64,000 bases of DNA, from positions 10,997,950 to 11,061,949 of the forward strand of contig NC_134026.1 in NCBI RefSeq assembly GCF_964204645.1. The letters run 5' to 3'. This DNA is from Tubulanus polymorphus (lineage: Eukaryota; Animalia; Nemertea). Made by a program: the position numbers and the translations under genes. Numbering within the stretch: position 1 is the first letter of the stretch; each line of letters opens with the position of its first letter. This document shows, piece by piece, positions 12,039 through 27,137 of the stretch. The notes below the pieces were generated by a model, which saw only the letters and a list, made by a program, of their open reading frames with translations, was not told where the DNA came from and did no database searches.

Positions 12039-15000
12039 ATGTTATCTGCATCAAGACTTGTAAGTTAAGTTAGACATAGGCCATTATTCATTCATATAAA
12101 GTCTACTAATTATTTTCGTGCGTGTCAACGATTTTTTTGGGGATATTTCGCTTAATCTTTTTGGGGCACAGGGATTCGTATTCACTTCGCAGACAGAGTG
12201 GATATTTTACCGTATACGGCTGAGTATTTATTTCCGCTATTTTACCGTACATCGTTGCTGATAGGCTGATTTACACTGCGCGTGCGCACAGAGGTGCACG
12301 ACTTAGAAAATTCAAGGAAAGTGGGCCAGAAAGTGTGGTGGAGAGCAGAGTTAGAGAAAATAGAGCGGATAGAGTGAGACTCCAACCCGGGCCAGTAAAT
12401 TACTAGCGCAGGGTCTAGTCAGTAACCTGTCTGTGGTTTAGTTTCACGATCGGATATTTTCACAAACCACAGTCAGGAATGGGAAGGTCATTTTTGTATG
12501 AAATCTTCGTCAGCCAATTTGACTGACGAGTAATTTGCCTGGCATTTCATTGTCTCTTAAGATATCCGTCTAATTTTTGCTGTAATCGACGCACAACAGA
12601 TTCGTAGTTTGTCTGATACCTATAACACCTCACCTGACGATCTTAATCCATGTGCAAATCGGCCGTAAAGTGAGAGTAAATTTCCGTCCAGTCAACAGCT
12701 GCCATTTTGAAAATTACTGGAGGTGCTGGCACCTGTGGACTGAGGCCAGGACAACAGCACAAACTCACGAAGCGAAACGACGAAATTGAAAAAATTAAGA
12801 AATCAACACTTATTCCCATTTTTCTTTTACCAAAATTTATTACTTCATTATTTATCTTGGAAAACACGAAGATTTGAAATGTAAGTTGGAAAACCATCAA
12901 AAATAAAAATTGTCGTTTCGTCTTGGAAGTTTTATAAAAATCCTTGTAGGTCCCCTTGTCTTATCATGCCACATGTGCAATACAGAGAAATGGCGGCTAA
13001 TGGCGAAATTTGTTGAGAAATTAATTAATTTCTCAAAATAATGTTGATTAACCACTCGAAACATACATAAAATTGGATTATTTCGAAAGGTACCTGTGAT
13101 AGATTGTGAATTAAGCCATTAATTGTGGACTGAAGTGAATAGAAAGTATATTTTTGAAGTGTTACTTTTTTCAACCGTGTTGCAAGGGAAAAGATTTATC
13201 TGAGGTATTTGTTCCTGCCAGATTCAGTCGCTGTCTGTGCTACTTGTGTATTCTACGATTGTATAGTGTAAGTTATTAGGTATTGACTCTCAGCTGGGAG
13301 TGTATTTTGACAAATTTAACCAACAGAATGCATCATCATTTGCCATTTTATGTAAAGCTGACAGGCTGGCCATAGCGCCTCTTAGGGCTCTTGTTTAGTC
13401 ATTTATTTGTAACAACCACACATCTCTTGGGGGTTTTCACCGACAGCGCCCCTACTACTCGTCCCCGGGACTCGTCTCCTGGGGGAAACTTGATGTACTC
13501 AGTTATCATCAATTTCCACACTGTGTCATACTCCAAGTTAACAAAAATGGCACAAAAAAAAGTGAAAAGATCTTTAATCAAAATCATATACTGGTTGTTC
13601 TATGACAAAGGTAAGGGCACAGTTCCTAGAGTGTAAGCTTAACACAGTTAAATTTGAATTTTTGTCTTGTTTCACTGTGGAGTAAGCAATAGCCCTAAAC
13701 AAAAAATTAGTTATACTCATTTTGTGAGACTGCCTGGGCACTGGTCAAGGTTATCCCATTAATCACTAACCCTGTCCCTGGTGGTTTAGTTTCGCAATTT
13801 GATTATTCTCCATAGAAAATTCTAAAATTATAAAAGCTTAACCACCAATGAGTACATACCGTAACTACCTAGTATGGCATCGGCATCTAGGTCCTACAAT
13901 TCATATCTTTCTTTTCAGTTTGGTCAGCTGCGCTCAGATACGTACTTAACACTCTTTAATTCTATTTGTGTTTGCAGCTTAGACAGAGTTGCCGAACAGC
14001 TTCGAGATTTATCGAAAATGGGCGAATTATGTCAACTCAATATGTACCTGTCACTCATCTATCTGATGATGAAAAAATGATGCAAGAAACAGGTTTGTAA
14101 AGCCAAATATTTGTACCTTGAGCTCTTATAACAATAAGCAGGAAAAACTATGAAATTACAATTTTGAGTGAGAAAATGCTCAACTTGAGAAAATGCTCTT
14201 CACGCTGTTTGCGTGATACCACACATTTCATGTTGCCAGATGTAAGTAGCAGTGATTGGCCATTCTTAAAATGATTGTTGTGTCCTGGAAGTAACTTCAG
14301 AGTGTCCTGACAATAGCCGCGATCACATGCAGAGCAGATGATTTGGCCCATCCCTAATAAGAAAGTGCTCTCACCTGCAAACCAATCACTCTAAACAATG
14401 CTCAAACAGAACTAACACTTCCAGCACTTCTGAGTGGCAATTCAAGCGCAATCAGATAATTTTCCGCTGTTCGGCGGATTTCCGCCTTTTCAATCAATTT
14501 TTATAATTTCTCAGATCGATGCAAATCCGTTGAACAAAATGGGGGGGGTGGTGGTGAGGATAATGGCATCTTAAGTATAGATTGGTAGGATCATAAAAGC
14601 GTTTTCCAATCTATTTTTAAATGCGATCATTATCGTTAACGAAGTTTTATCTATCTGTTGCCCGACCGTGTGTCTGTGGATATATGTATCTACATTATTG
14701 ATTTTTTTACCGAGTGTTGCTGGCGTGTAGTGCTGAAAAACGGCTTTTGCGGCCCACAACGTGGCGCCGCCTACATTATTGTTTTTCTTATGCAAATGAA
14801 TAGATGATGAGCATCTTGACTCGTCTTGGAAGTAGCAGTGTGTTACCGGTGAAACATCGGACGATGTTGTTTAATTCTCTGAGTGAAATTTCAATGTTAA
14901 AACTGCTGAAAAACAATCTGAGACGATGTGAAAAATCATAATTTACTGTGGGGAGGACCCCCAGGCCCTCTCATTACTTCGCGCCTTTGGGGCTCATGAC

Positions 15001-17929
15001 TGGCAGCTGACGCCACCAGTCACTTCACGCCTACAGCGTTCGTTATTTCTAAGTTATTACAAGATTTAGCATTTTCCGCATTTTAATGATGCCCTGTTAT
15101 CATCCCTGAATCATTGTCGCTTGTTGAAATTTGGCTTGGGCCTGGTCACACGTTTTTGGTCGGGCCAAACGCTCGTGTGATCGCGGCTAATGTCTAAGGT
15201 GAGTGTCAACATATGATGGCTTTACTTAATTCCTCTTGATTGCACAGAGGCCCTCTGAGTCTGGTCGAGTGTTGGAGTTAGTATATAACTATAAGTATTT
15301 GGGTATGGGTATGCTATTCTCCCATACCGGGCCTTTTGTTCAGTGCCGTTCAGCGCTATGTTCTCTGTTTTAAAAAAGGTTAGCGAATATTCCCTCGACG
15401 TCGATGTTAGTTTAAAGCTATGTGATAGCATGGTATTACCAATTCAATTATTTGGATGTGAAATTTAGGGTTACCAAAATCTCCAAGTTCTTGAATGCGT
15501 GCAGCTGAAATTTTTTAAATATTTACTCAAGTTAAAGAAATCTACTAATAGCTCATTTGTCTATGGAGAACTTGGCCGTTTTCCTCTCGAAGTTTATGTG
15601 CAGCTCAGAATTGTAAGATTTTGGGCAAAATTAATATCTGATGATAAATTATCGTCAAAGGTTTACAGATGTGTTTATATTAGCTATATTGATGGTCAAA
15701 CTAACTCTTGGATGGATTTTCTGAAAAATATTTTGCTCCGAAATGGGCTAGGATATATTTGGGAAAATCAAAATATTCCAAACGTGAATTACTTAAGTCT
15801 GATACTTAAACAGAGATTGCATGATCCGTTTATGCAAGTCTGGCATGCAAAACTTACTGATTCCACTATGGCTGTTACGTATTTAACAATCAAATGCCGT
15901 TTTGAAATGGAAAAGTATTTAACTCAATTACCTCCTAGGGACCGGTTAACTTTATGTAGATTTAGATGCTCAGCTGACAGGCTACCGGTGGAAGTTGGGC
16001 GGTGGCGCGGAATTGCCCGTGTCAATAGGCTGTGCCAATAGTGTGATTTAGAGGCGGTGGGAGATGAATATCATTTTCTACTCATCTGCCCGTACTTCCA
16101 GGAATCCAGAGCTAGATACTTCCCGGAGCATTTTTGGAGATTCCCCAATAACGTATTTTGTATAATTTGTTCAACTCAAAAAACTTAAAAAACTGGCGTT
16201 GTATATACGTAATACATTTCTAATGTTAAATGTTGCAATGGATATTGTAAAATAATTTTGTGCCCTGTGCGATTGTATAATTGTGGAGTAAATAAACTAA
16301 TTGTAATTGTAATTAAGAGTCTATGATCGCAATATTGAAAATAATTGCTGAGATCCGCCGAACACACATACTGGTTTGGCCTACGTGACTACATAGTCAC
16401 CATTCATTAGAAGCCATTGTTCCGCTTAAAATGTTATTAAGTAAATATTATAATTAATAGTTATCCAACATAGGTTACCAAATAATTCTTAAACTTTAAG
16501 AGAAAGGTATTTAGTGTCAGATATTGTGCTGAAAATTTTGGATTTGATGCACTGCATGGTTTTTCAGCCAACTTGGGACTTAAGTTGCAGCGGGCTATTG
16601 CGTTCACTTTTCGACCGTCCATCCTTCTGTAGATGAAATCCAGTTATTTTGGGAAGTTTTGAAGACGCTTCTATGGATTGTCTTGATATTTGATTTATAA
16701 ATCAAAGACCTTAGACATGTCTTCACCAAAAAAACTGACCCACTCAGAACAAGATGGCTGACTGGCGGCGATTTTTGTCTGCCTAAATCAGCACTTAAAT
16801 CAGCAATTAATTATCTTGATCTTTTACATATGTTTGTGTATATGCTCCCATGTCCCATCAGCATCAGAAAAATGGGGTCAACCGGACACAAGATGGCCGT
16901 CCTGTTACCTTGGTCATTTTTGCCCTGAATTCCTGTAACTTCCTTAGAGTTTATAGAGCCATTTTTCATCATGGAAAACCATGGTGAGTAAATGGGATCT
17001 TAAACATGTCAGATTTTTTGATCAGCCAATTGTCATGCACTCCCTGGCCATCTTAGTGTTATTCGGCTGTCATTCGTAGATAGAAGGTGTTTTGTGGAAA
17101 ATATAGACAGGTTAATCAACTTATAGTTTTGATCATTAATAATCTGTCCTGTCAATCGCCTCACGTGGAATTGGGGTTACCCAATTTTTTGTTAGATTAT
17201 GCCTATACAATTTGTCTATTTATATTAGGTACCTATGGATATTTTGTCACCGCAATCAACTGCAAAGTTCTATCTCATGACACGTTCTATTATTGCGATG
17301 AGTTTCAAGGTCATTGGTTTTTACCCTTCAGCTTCACCCTTCATTGGTCTATTATATCGCCCAGAATTTCTTGGGTGGATAGGTTAACGCTCGGCGCCCA
17401 CCAGTCTATATATGTAGCCATTCAGGTTTTTTACCGACACAACGTTTGCTCTATATCACGCATCTGATTGGCTAAATATATAGACTGGGCGTTAACCTGT
17501 CCGGCCAAGAAATTCTGGATTATGTAATAGACCCATGAAGGGTTTGTATTGGCGTGTACTCCAGTGGGCGGCAATCAAACCCTGGGAAGCGAGGATGAAC
17601 CCAAAATTTTAGTTAATTCAAGGTGTCACCGGACCCCTTGTTTCATATTATGGACCTTTATAACGTTTTCCTATAAGACATGCCATCATGAAAATATAGT
17701 GTTGAAGGATTGTATGGATGTGTCATCTAGTGCTCTCTTATGGCCTTAATTTCATTTAGGCCTTAGTTCATAGAAGCTTTTGCCATATTTGATTAAAATT
17801 TGGGGTTCATCTTGGAATACGATCTTTCACGTTACTTAATTTTATATGAAATAATGTAAAATTTCAAAGAATGCTTTTTTGATGGGTTTCGTCGTCAGAC
17901 GAACCCATCTATGGCATTGTCGTCATGTC

Positions 17930-17960
<31 letters not shown>

Positions 17961-20900
17961 GGTGGATGTTTCTTTATGACACGATTTAAGCTGTTTGAAT
18001 GGACCGATTTTTTTGTAAATTGGCACATATATTCTGTACTTGGTTATACAATAATCAATATTACTTGTTATTTTGGGCCGCTGTAGCGCATTACTATGGC
18101 GATGCTCAATACATTCGCTGACATACATCATTTAAACACCACAGATGCACCACTGCAGATGTACCCGTGAATGTTTTAGAATAGGAATGAAAGTCAGTAT
18201 TATTAGAATACATCTGGATGTAGCCGTTGTTCCAAAGTATGCATGATGTCCCATAATAGGAGCTTTTACCAAAATAAAATGAAGTTCCTGTAGTGGTACG
18301 GAAATCAATGACGTAATAAGTATTATGATTTTTTCACACAGTTCGAAAAATGGCAAAAGAAAAAATTGAGCCTCTAGTCGCCAAAATGGATGCAGACTCC
18401 CACATGGATAAATCAGTCATACAAGCTGCATTCGATAATGGGGTATGTAGGTTAATCATTCATTTTTAGCCCACTTGGAACTTAAGTTGCAGCAGGCTAT
18501 TGCATTCATTTATCTGTCCGTAGAGCAAAATTTCAATGAATTTTTCCCGATTCTACTAATCAGTGCTTGGTGTCACTTTGAATCTCGGTAATGACATAAC
18601 AGGGAAAGCCTTTCAGCATCCAAGTTTAATTTACGTACATGTATATAGAACATTTTTAGGCCAGCCGTAAGCTGAGCCCATTACTATACAAATGGAGCAA
18701 ATTTAAATGACATGGTTTCCAGATGAAAGGCTTTTACACAGTGCAACTGAGCATATATTCATTAAAATCATACATTCAAGCGTACCAAATGTGGGTACAG
18801 AGCTGAAAGTATATCCTGAAGTCGGCAACAAATACGACAAGGATGCGATGATTGTAAAGACAGTAAATGACAAGATCGTCGGAAGAGTGCCGGCCAACTT
18901 GTGTTGAATCTTTGCACTAATGTTACAAGCCGAATACACTGATAAAGTCACCTGGTACTGTATTATTTTTAGCCCACTTGGGACTTTAGTCCCAGCGGGC
19001 TATTGCGTTCACTTTTCGTCCGTCGTCCGTCCGTCCGTAGACGGAATCCAGTTATTTCGGGAAGTTTGAAGACACTTCAAGGTAATGTCTTGATATTTGG
19101 TTTATACATGTGTCTACCCTAGACACATCTTCAGCCCAAAAACTGGCCCTCTCAGATTCAAGATGGCCGACTGGCAGCCATTGTTGTTCGTCAAAATCAG
19201 CACTTTTTACACTTTTTGAGGGAAATTTTGAAGACACTTAAATCAATTACCTTGATCTTTCATATATATTTGAATCCCCCCAGGGCCCATCACCACAAGA
19301 AAAATTGGGTCGATCGGACACAAGATGGCCGTCCTATGACCTTTTTAGTGCCCAAAAATGTCAATTTTGGCCCAAATTCTGAGTCCTGTAGCTTCCTACT
19401 GGTTTGCCATTTCTCATTGAAATTTTTGATGGGTATTTCTTGGAAAGGGTTGTTTTATACCTGAGCCAGGTATTTTTGATCGGCCATTTGTGACGCAATT
19501 GGCGGCCATCTTGGTATCATCAGTACTCATTGGAAGGTGGGAAAAAGTTTTTCCACATTATATTGATACCTAAGCATATTTTGTTACCATAATTAATTGC
19601 AAAGTTGTTGCTCATAACATCATCTATGATTGTTGCGAGTTTTAAGGACCTTGGTTTTTCTATATGGTCACCAGGGGGCGTTGAATGGTAGAATAACTTA
19701 GTATTTCCTTATTATATTGGTACCTAGGCATATTTTGTTACCATGATCAATTGCAAAGTTGTAGTTCATGACATGTTCTATGTTATTGTGGTGAGTTTCG
19801 AGGTCATTGGGCTTTGAATATGGTCACCAGGGGGCATTGAATAGTAGAATAACCTAGTATTTCCATATTAAATTGGTAACGAGGCATATTTTGTTATCAC
19901 AATCAATTACAAAATCGTAGCTGCTGACATGTTCTATGATTGTGGTGAGTTTCAAGCTCATTGGTTTTTGTATATGGTCACCAGGGGGCATTGAATATTG
20001 AAATTGTTAGATTGTTGAGCATTTGGAACCACTTCCCAAGTGGGCATGGTGTCCCTGGACCCGTAGTTCTTAACGCTATCAGTCGACATTTCTCTATTTT
20101 TTTCTCTATTTTTGCCGCTATTTTGACTTTTCACAAGGTCCGTGTGCCTCTAAACCTATATCGCTTTCCCTTATGTAAGGTTTGCGGTCATCTGATGTTT
20201 CTGAGATAAATGTTTATCATATAACCCGATAACTAATCTGTCGCTAATCGTAGAGTCATATCCGGGAAGTCGCAATGTTCGGCTATCATATTAAGTGCGG
20301 GTACGTTTTCCTCGATAGTTTCATTCGACTGCTGTATTCTCTCATGAAATTTCGCACGTTCAAAGATAATATTCGGTTTCAGTATACAGTATTTGTCAAA
20401 TTTTGCCTTAACTTCATTGTATTTGATATTTCCATCAAATCTGAATTGATCGTAAATGATCTGCATCTTCACCCTTACAATACAATGGGGTATTGATTTG
20501 ATCGTCATCCAAGTTGATACCTAAGCCCCAATCAATTGCAAAGTTTTAGTTCATAACATGTTCTATGATTGTGGTGAGTTTCAAGGTCATTAGATTTTGT
20601 ATTTGGCCTCCAGGGGGCATTGAATAATACAAAATTTTAGTATTTCGATATTATATTCGTACCTATGCATATTTTGTTACCACAATCAATTGCAAAGTTG
20701 ATAGCACATGACATGGTCTATGATTGTGGTGAGTTTCAAGCATATTAGTTATTCTATATGGTCAGAATTGTAGAATAACTTAGTATTTCCTTATTATATT
20801 GGTACCCAGGCATAGGCCCTATTTTGTTACCATAATCAATTGCAAAACTGTAGCTCATGACATGTTCTGTGATAGTGGTAAGTTTCAAGGTCATTGGGTT

Positions 20901-23900
20901 CTGCAAATGGTCACCAGGGGGCATTGAATAGTAGAATAACTCAGTATCTCCATATCATATTGGTACTGAGGCATATATTGTTATCACAATCAATTGCAAA
21001 ATTGAAGATGCTGACATGTTCTATGATTGTGGTGAGTTTCAAGGTCGTTGGTTTTTGTAAATGGTCACCAGGGGAAACTGCAGCTGCTAATGATCTGTGG
21101 ACCAAGGCTTTGAACAATATTGCGCCGTCTGTTCCGCAGGGGTGCCCGTGTTTCTATGTATCTCACAACCTTATCTGTAACATTGGGCATTAGAAAATTT
21201 GGATCGCTGGGTTATTGGAAGACTTCATTAGTAAGTGTGCACTTTGTATATACTACATGTATTGCTGATGTTTAAAACTAGGTGCAACACATTTTGGATA
21301 AACTATAAAATGACAAATACGTTTGAACGTACGTATTTGAGGGTTTCTAGTTCTATGCCATCGCCTGTGCCTTATGGTCCTCTTATTGTATTCTTATCCA
21401 TTCCTCTGATGAAAAAGTGTGGCCGCAACAACTGGTTGGCACCAGAGAAATCTTCAGAAAGTGAAACTATGATTTTGCTTGATCTTTATTAACAGCTTAT
21501 GTCAATCGAGGTTCCAGCTGAATACAACGGCACACATTCGACGTTCATGGCTGCAAATTTAGTCATTGAAGAACTGGCTAAAGTTGATGCAAGTGTCAGT
21601 GTTTTTGTCGATGTTCAGAACACCCTTGTCAATACAGTATTCCTTAAGTATGCAAATGAAGAACAAAAGAAGAAGTACCTACCGCTGTTGGCAACTAAAA
21701 TGGTAGGTAGACGAATACTTTCGAGGTAGTTAAACATACTGGGCACGTGTCAAAATCAGTACTAAAATAACATAGCTGCACTAATGTGATAGCAGGTTTT
21801 CTGCATTAATGAATTTGTAATTCCAAGTCTAGACAAGGAGAATATACCAACTAATCCGTGTCGAATTGATGCCTCTATATGTTTGCAGGTTGGAAGTTTC
21901 TGTTTATCTGAGCCAGCTTCAGGTAGTGATGCATTTGCACTTAAGACTACAGCGACAAAAGACGGGGATCACTACATTATAAATGGTTCGAAAATGTGGA
22001 TCACCAATGCAGAACATGCTGGAGTCTACTTAGTTATGGCAAATGCTAAACCAGAAGCTGTAAGTAGATTACAGTTTTACTAAGTGGTACAGTCGAATTC
22101 ACTTCATTCAGATAATTTCAGATTCCGATTTTACCTTGGACAATAGACAGTCCATTCGATCATGATCAAATCTCTCATCTCTCGATGATGTCACCCACAT
22201 TATTCTGTTAATGGATAGTCCAAATGTAAAATGATAAAATGAAGTGTTGTTTTGGATTCTGCCTTTACCCTAGAGACAATATAGCTTACACTAAAATTTC
22301 AATTCAATCATGATCAGATGGCTCATCTCTCACTATGATGTCACCCCATGATTCTGTTAACGGATCTGTTAAAGGAAAATTGACAAAATGAAGTACATTC
22401 AACTTTCTTTTTTTTGGAGTGCGGGGTATCCTAGGGGCAATTGTTTTGTAGAAGAACATTTTTGGTTTACCTTTGTCAGCAGTATGAGGTTGGCATTGAG
22501 CCAATTCATGTAAAATCGCGGTACATTTTCTTATGTGAGCATTTTTTTCATTGGTTCTCGGGTTAAACGACGTATAATCGATGCGATTGAAGACAATACG
22601 AACCTCCGTCGATGACATGGTCAACTTTGTTTAAATTTGACGAAAAACTGTTTTCGGCAGGAATTCTTAGCTCTTGTGTATAAGATTGCAATGACTTCGA
22701 TTGGGGGGCGTTGTCTCTACGTGCGAATGTGATAGGCTGTTTTTGGGATATACGGGGAATTCCAACCCTACTAAAATAATTATGGGAAAGCCATTAATGG
22801 CAAAGGTTTCATTGGACTAGGTGCTGTATATGTGGGAATTTAAAATGCTCATTGCTGGTGAGAATATAACTATTTTACATATCGCCATAGGTATTGTTTC
22901 ATTTTAATACCCGGTGATTGAGATTGAAGTAAAGCGAACGTTCACTACACAAGGCCTCCACGTGCGCGGGAGTGCTAAACATTAGACTGTTGCACACACA
23001 AACACACGCTCATACAGACTACTACATGGTGATGCTGTAATGCTGCTTGGCGCATTTGGTATGATAACAGTCTGAGTAATCGTCGTAGCAGAAGATGAGC
23101 GCTGTGTTTTCTGTTTGATAGAATTTGTAATAAATTGTAATTTCTTGTGACCTGAAAATACTAAGCAGCAAACTTTAGGTATAGGTCGAAGTCTGAATAT
23201 TGTAGTGGTAAATTCCTGGATTTAAAACGGTCTAATACTACGCCCCTACGGTTTGTTAGCTTCCGCGGCCATACATTGGAAGAGGTTTCGTTTCCAAGAC
23301 TCAATATTCAGCCACCCTCTGATATGTGACATCATATGAATTTTGTTTGAATATTTTTTCATATCGTGAAAAATATTTTTTTGAAGATATAAAATAGTTT
23401 CCCTGCCGCACCTACCTGTACCCTATGAAATTTTGGACGTAGACCATAAACAAAAAATGTTTATCTTTGGTCTTATTTGACTACAAAATAATTCTTTAAG
23501 AAAGATAAAATACAATATAAACTTCTAGAACTTAGTAGTCACGAATTAAAAAGATTTTTCAAGCAATGCCCTTACTCCAAACAATCTCTAGCTTTCAAGG
23601 TAAACTACACTTTGCCCATGGGCGATTTATTATTTGTCTTTTAGGGCTATAAAGGTATAACTTGTTTCATTGTTGACCGGGAAATGGAAGGATTTTCGCT
23701 AGGGAAGAAAGAAGACAAACTTGGAATTCGAGCGTCCAGTACATGCCCCGTACATTTGGACAATGTTAGGGTGTGTTAAGATTGTTACTTGATTCTTGAT
23801 TGATCAGACTAATTGGATTGATGCATTTGATGAACTTAACTTATATTCTGATTTGAAGGTTCCCGAAAGTAACATACTGGGGGATTTCGGTAAAGGTTAC

Positions 23901-26900
23901 AAGATCGCCATTGAAACACTTAACGAAGGCAGAATTGGAATAGCATCACAGGTTTGTAACACTGGCAAATACTGATGATTTTAAGAAATTTTGAAGAGTC
24001 TAAAAATGGTAGACTGGTGAGCGATTGAAATCTGCACTTTTTCCACCTTGCTGTCTTGCTTTTCACCACTACATATTCACTGTTATTGAAAATGTGGTAT
24101 GCTCCTCTGTATAGGCCCTATTCAAAATTAGGTAAATTTCACAATGAACTTGAAAACTTGAAAACTACGTGCACAATATCGTCCTCAGGGACTCACTGAG
24201 AATGGTTATTAGTGAAGTTTGGAGTATGACAGTGATGCATCTTGTCACCAATACTTTTCCTTGTTGCCCTTGACCTCGATTGGATAATGTGACAAGCCAC
24301 TGCTGACCAGCATCGTGGGTTCCAATAGCACTTGTATCCTTCCTTGAAGACCTGGACTTCGCAGATGATTTTGCAGTCTTAGCCTTCAAACATCAACACA
24401 TTCAGGACATAACCAGGGCTGCCAATGTCTCCGATTTCGGCGGAGTTTTCTACGGTAAAACCAGTAGAACTCCGGTGCTACGGCAGTGGTGGAAAAACTA
24501 CGCTCGAGCGTCGGTCTCATTCCGGTACTCCGCCGAAGAGTCTATCGAATGCGCCCATAATCAATTTCACTCCGGTGTTCCATTAGAATACCAATCGAAT
24601 ACGCTCAAATCAATTTTGTCATTGTTAAATCCTATCCACAGAACGGTAGTCTTTGGTTTGTGCGCATGCGCAGTTATCAATAAGCGATCATGAAATGTGA
24701 TAGTCGGAGGTTGGATTTAGTGTTCACCTGTTAACATGGCGGCATCGTCGTCTGATTTGGATTTTTCGGCAAACGAATCGAATTCCGATGATGATGAAAG
24801 CGAATCGGAAGAAGGTGAAGTAACTGCGAGGAAGAGAAAATCCAAACAAGGGACTAGTAATGAACAAAAGAATAAAAAAAACCTGTGTCGCCAATAAAAA
24901 ATTCAGAGCAGAATATACGTCCAAGTATCCATGCATTGTTCCATCTCAAAATCAAATATCAAATAGTTATGCACTGTGTACTGTCTGTAACCTTGATTTT
25001 CTTGTTACACACGGTGGGTTGACAGATGTCAGGAAACGTTTCGGCTGCTGTCGTTTCGGCTGCTACTGAGAATCAATGATTTGCTACTATCACTAGAATG
25101 TTTGATTTTGCCCTGCTACTGACTGAAATAAGAAAACTACTATCAAAATTGTATTGTGTTACTACAAAAAAAATTGTGATTTTGGCAGGTCTGCATAACT
25201 AACGGGCTCATGAAAGAGGCTAGATCAGTTGGACTGGACGCCAATGTGCCAAGAATCAAGATGATGTGTATCAACACTCCAGCCATCCACCAATCACAAT
25301 TTATTTTATTCTATCTCTGATCCTAACCATAACCCTCTGGACCCTCTAGATCGTTTCTTGTGCAGCTGAAATATAAAACATAAGCAATCATCAATCAGTA
25401 CAGCTAAGGTGAAACAATGTAATTATGGCAGAATATAAATCCAAATTGAAGCGTCGCTTGCCGCATTGTTTGAGGCGTAAGAAAATCAGGTTATAATTTT
25501 GAAAGTATATCCATGCCACAATTCCTACACAAATGAATTTAAGAAAATATGTTGTTAAATTCTTCTTAATCATTCATAGTATTGATTGAACTTTAGTTTG
25601 CATATGGTTTTATTAGCTGTAAGAAAGCATGTGTCCTTGATGTTACAGTCAATAGTCATGTCATGCAAAACTCTTGTCAACTTTGGAATTACATTTCGTG
25701 ATACCACCAAAATTTTGATGGTCCCATTGGCTGGTGTTTATAACAAGCTTTGACTTAACAATGTAAATCTATTTACTGGCCATTGAGTTTGTGACAAGTC
25801 TTAGAGCCTGATGCATCTTACGGGCAAATTCCAAAGCTACTCGTTAGAATCTGAAGAATAAAATTGTATATTTTAGTTATAAAACTACTAGCTCGTTGCA
25901 CAACAGTGGCAAGTTATTAAGGATGTGTCAATCATCTCATCAGTAATAATTCTTAATTTACCAATCCTAATTAAGCTGCCAACCATATTTTCCATGTTAA
26001 CACAGTTTTCGATATACATGTATTAAGTTGTTTCTTGTGTGGTTTATAGATGTTGGGGTTAGCTGAAGGATGTTTAGAAAGAACTATTCCTTACACACTC
26101 GAGCGTCGGCAATTTGGCAAAAAAATATTTGATTTCCAGGTATGTTTAACATCACATTCCTGGGCTACTTAGGCTTGGGCTATTAATACGTTGACTTTTC
26201 ATCCGCCATATAACTGTCTGTCCATATTTTTGTCTCCTTTTTGGAAGTTTTCAACAAGCTTGGTTTTATTGTCTATTCTCATTCTGTAAATCGTTGACTA
26301 TTCAGAGAGTCAAAAACTGCCCAAATGCTTACCTCTTGAGAAAATGTATCTCTTGCATATGTATTTTGATAGTATGCATCTATAATGATGTGCAAATGAA
26401 ATGGTGGTGACAGAGATTTTTTTGTGATTTCAGGATTGAGAGTAACCAGTAAATTTCAACACCACTTATGACATAAATTCCAATGGGCTATTGAATTCAC
26501 TTTTCGTCCATTGTCCATCCATTCGTCCATCCATCTGTCAGAAATCCAGTTATTTTGCGAAGTTTTGAAGATGCTTCAATTGATTGTCTTGAGTTTTGGT
26601 TTATACCTACCCTAGTACATCCCCCGAAAACTGACCCGATCAGAATCCAGATTGTTGTTCGCCGAAATAGCCCTTGTTACACATTTGTCTATATTTCATG
26701 GGCAATTTTGAAATCGCTTTGATGATATCAATTATCTTGATCTTTCACATTTGTTTGTATCCTCCTATGGTGCATTAGCGTGAGAAAAATTGATGAAGAT
26801 TATTTTGCCCTGAATTCCGAGACCTGTTTTTATCATTTTTGTTAAACCGAATGGTGCTGATAGTTGATTCATTTAAGAAGGGCATATAGATTTAGCCTTG

Positions 26901-27101
26901 CCTGAATATACAGCTGATGTGAACAGCCTAGTAGGGCATCACTTAGGGCATAACCATATTTTAAATTGGGTCAATTTGATTCAAATTGTCAACTAATCCA
27001 ACTTTCAAACCTGGTACAAGTAGGGCATCCCAGTGTAAGTTACTTTTAATGTATATTGTCACATTGGATTAATTTTATGATAGATGATGACGATGACGAT
27101 G

Positions 27102-27137
<36 letters not shown>

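Noticed and set aside
19540-21075. Regularly spaced repeats superficially like a CRISPR array
   Set aside because: Whole ~154-bp units repeat with no unique spacers and no cas genes; eukaryotic HINE internal array.
22157-22394. Degenerate ~90-bp direct repeat with ~147-bp spacing and ORF 22304-22624
   Set aside because: Old local duplication in intron 5; the ORF has no recognisable domain.
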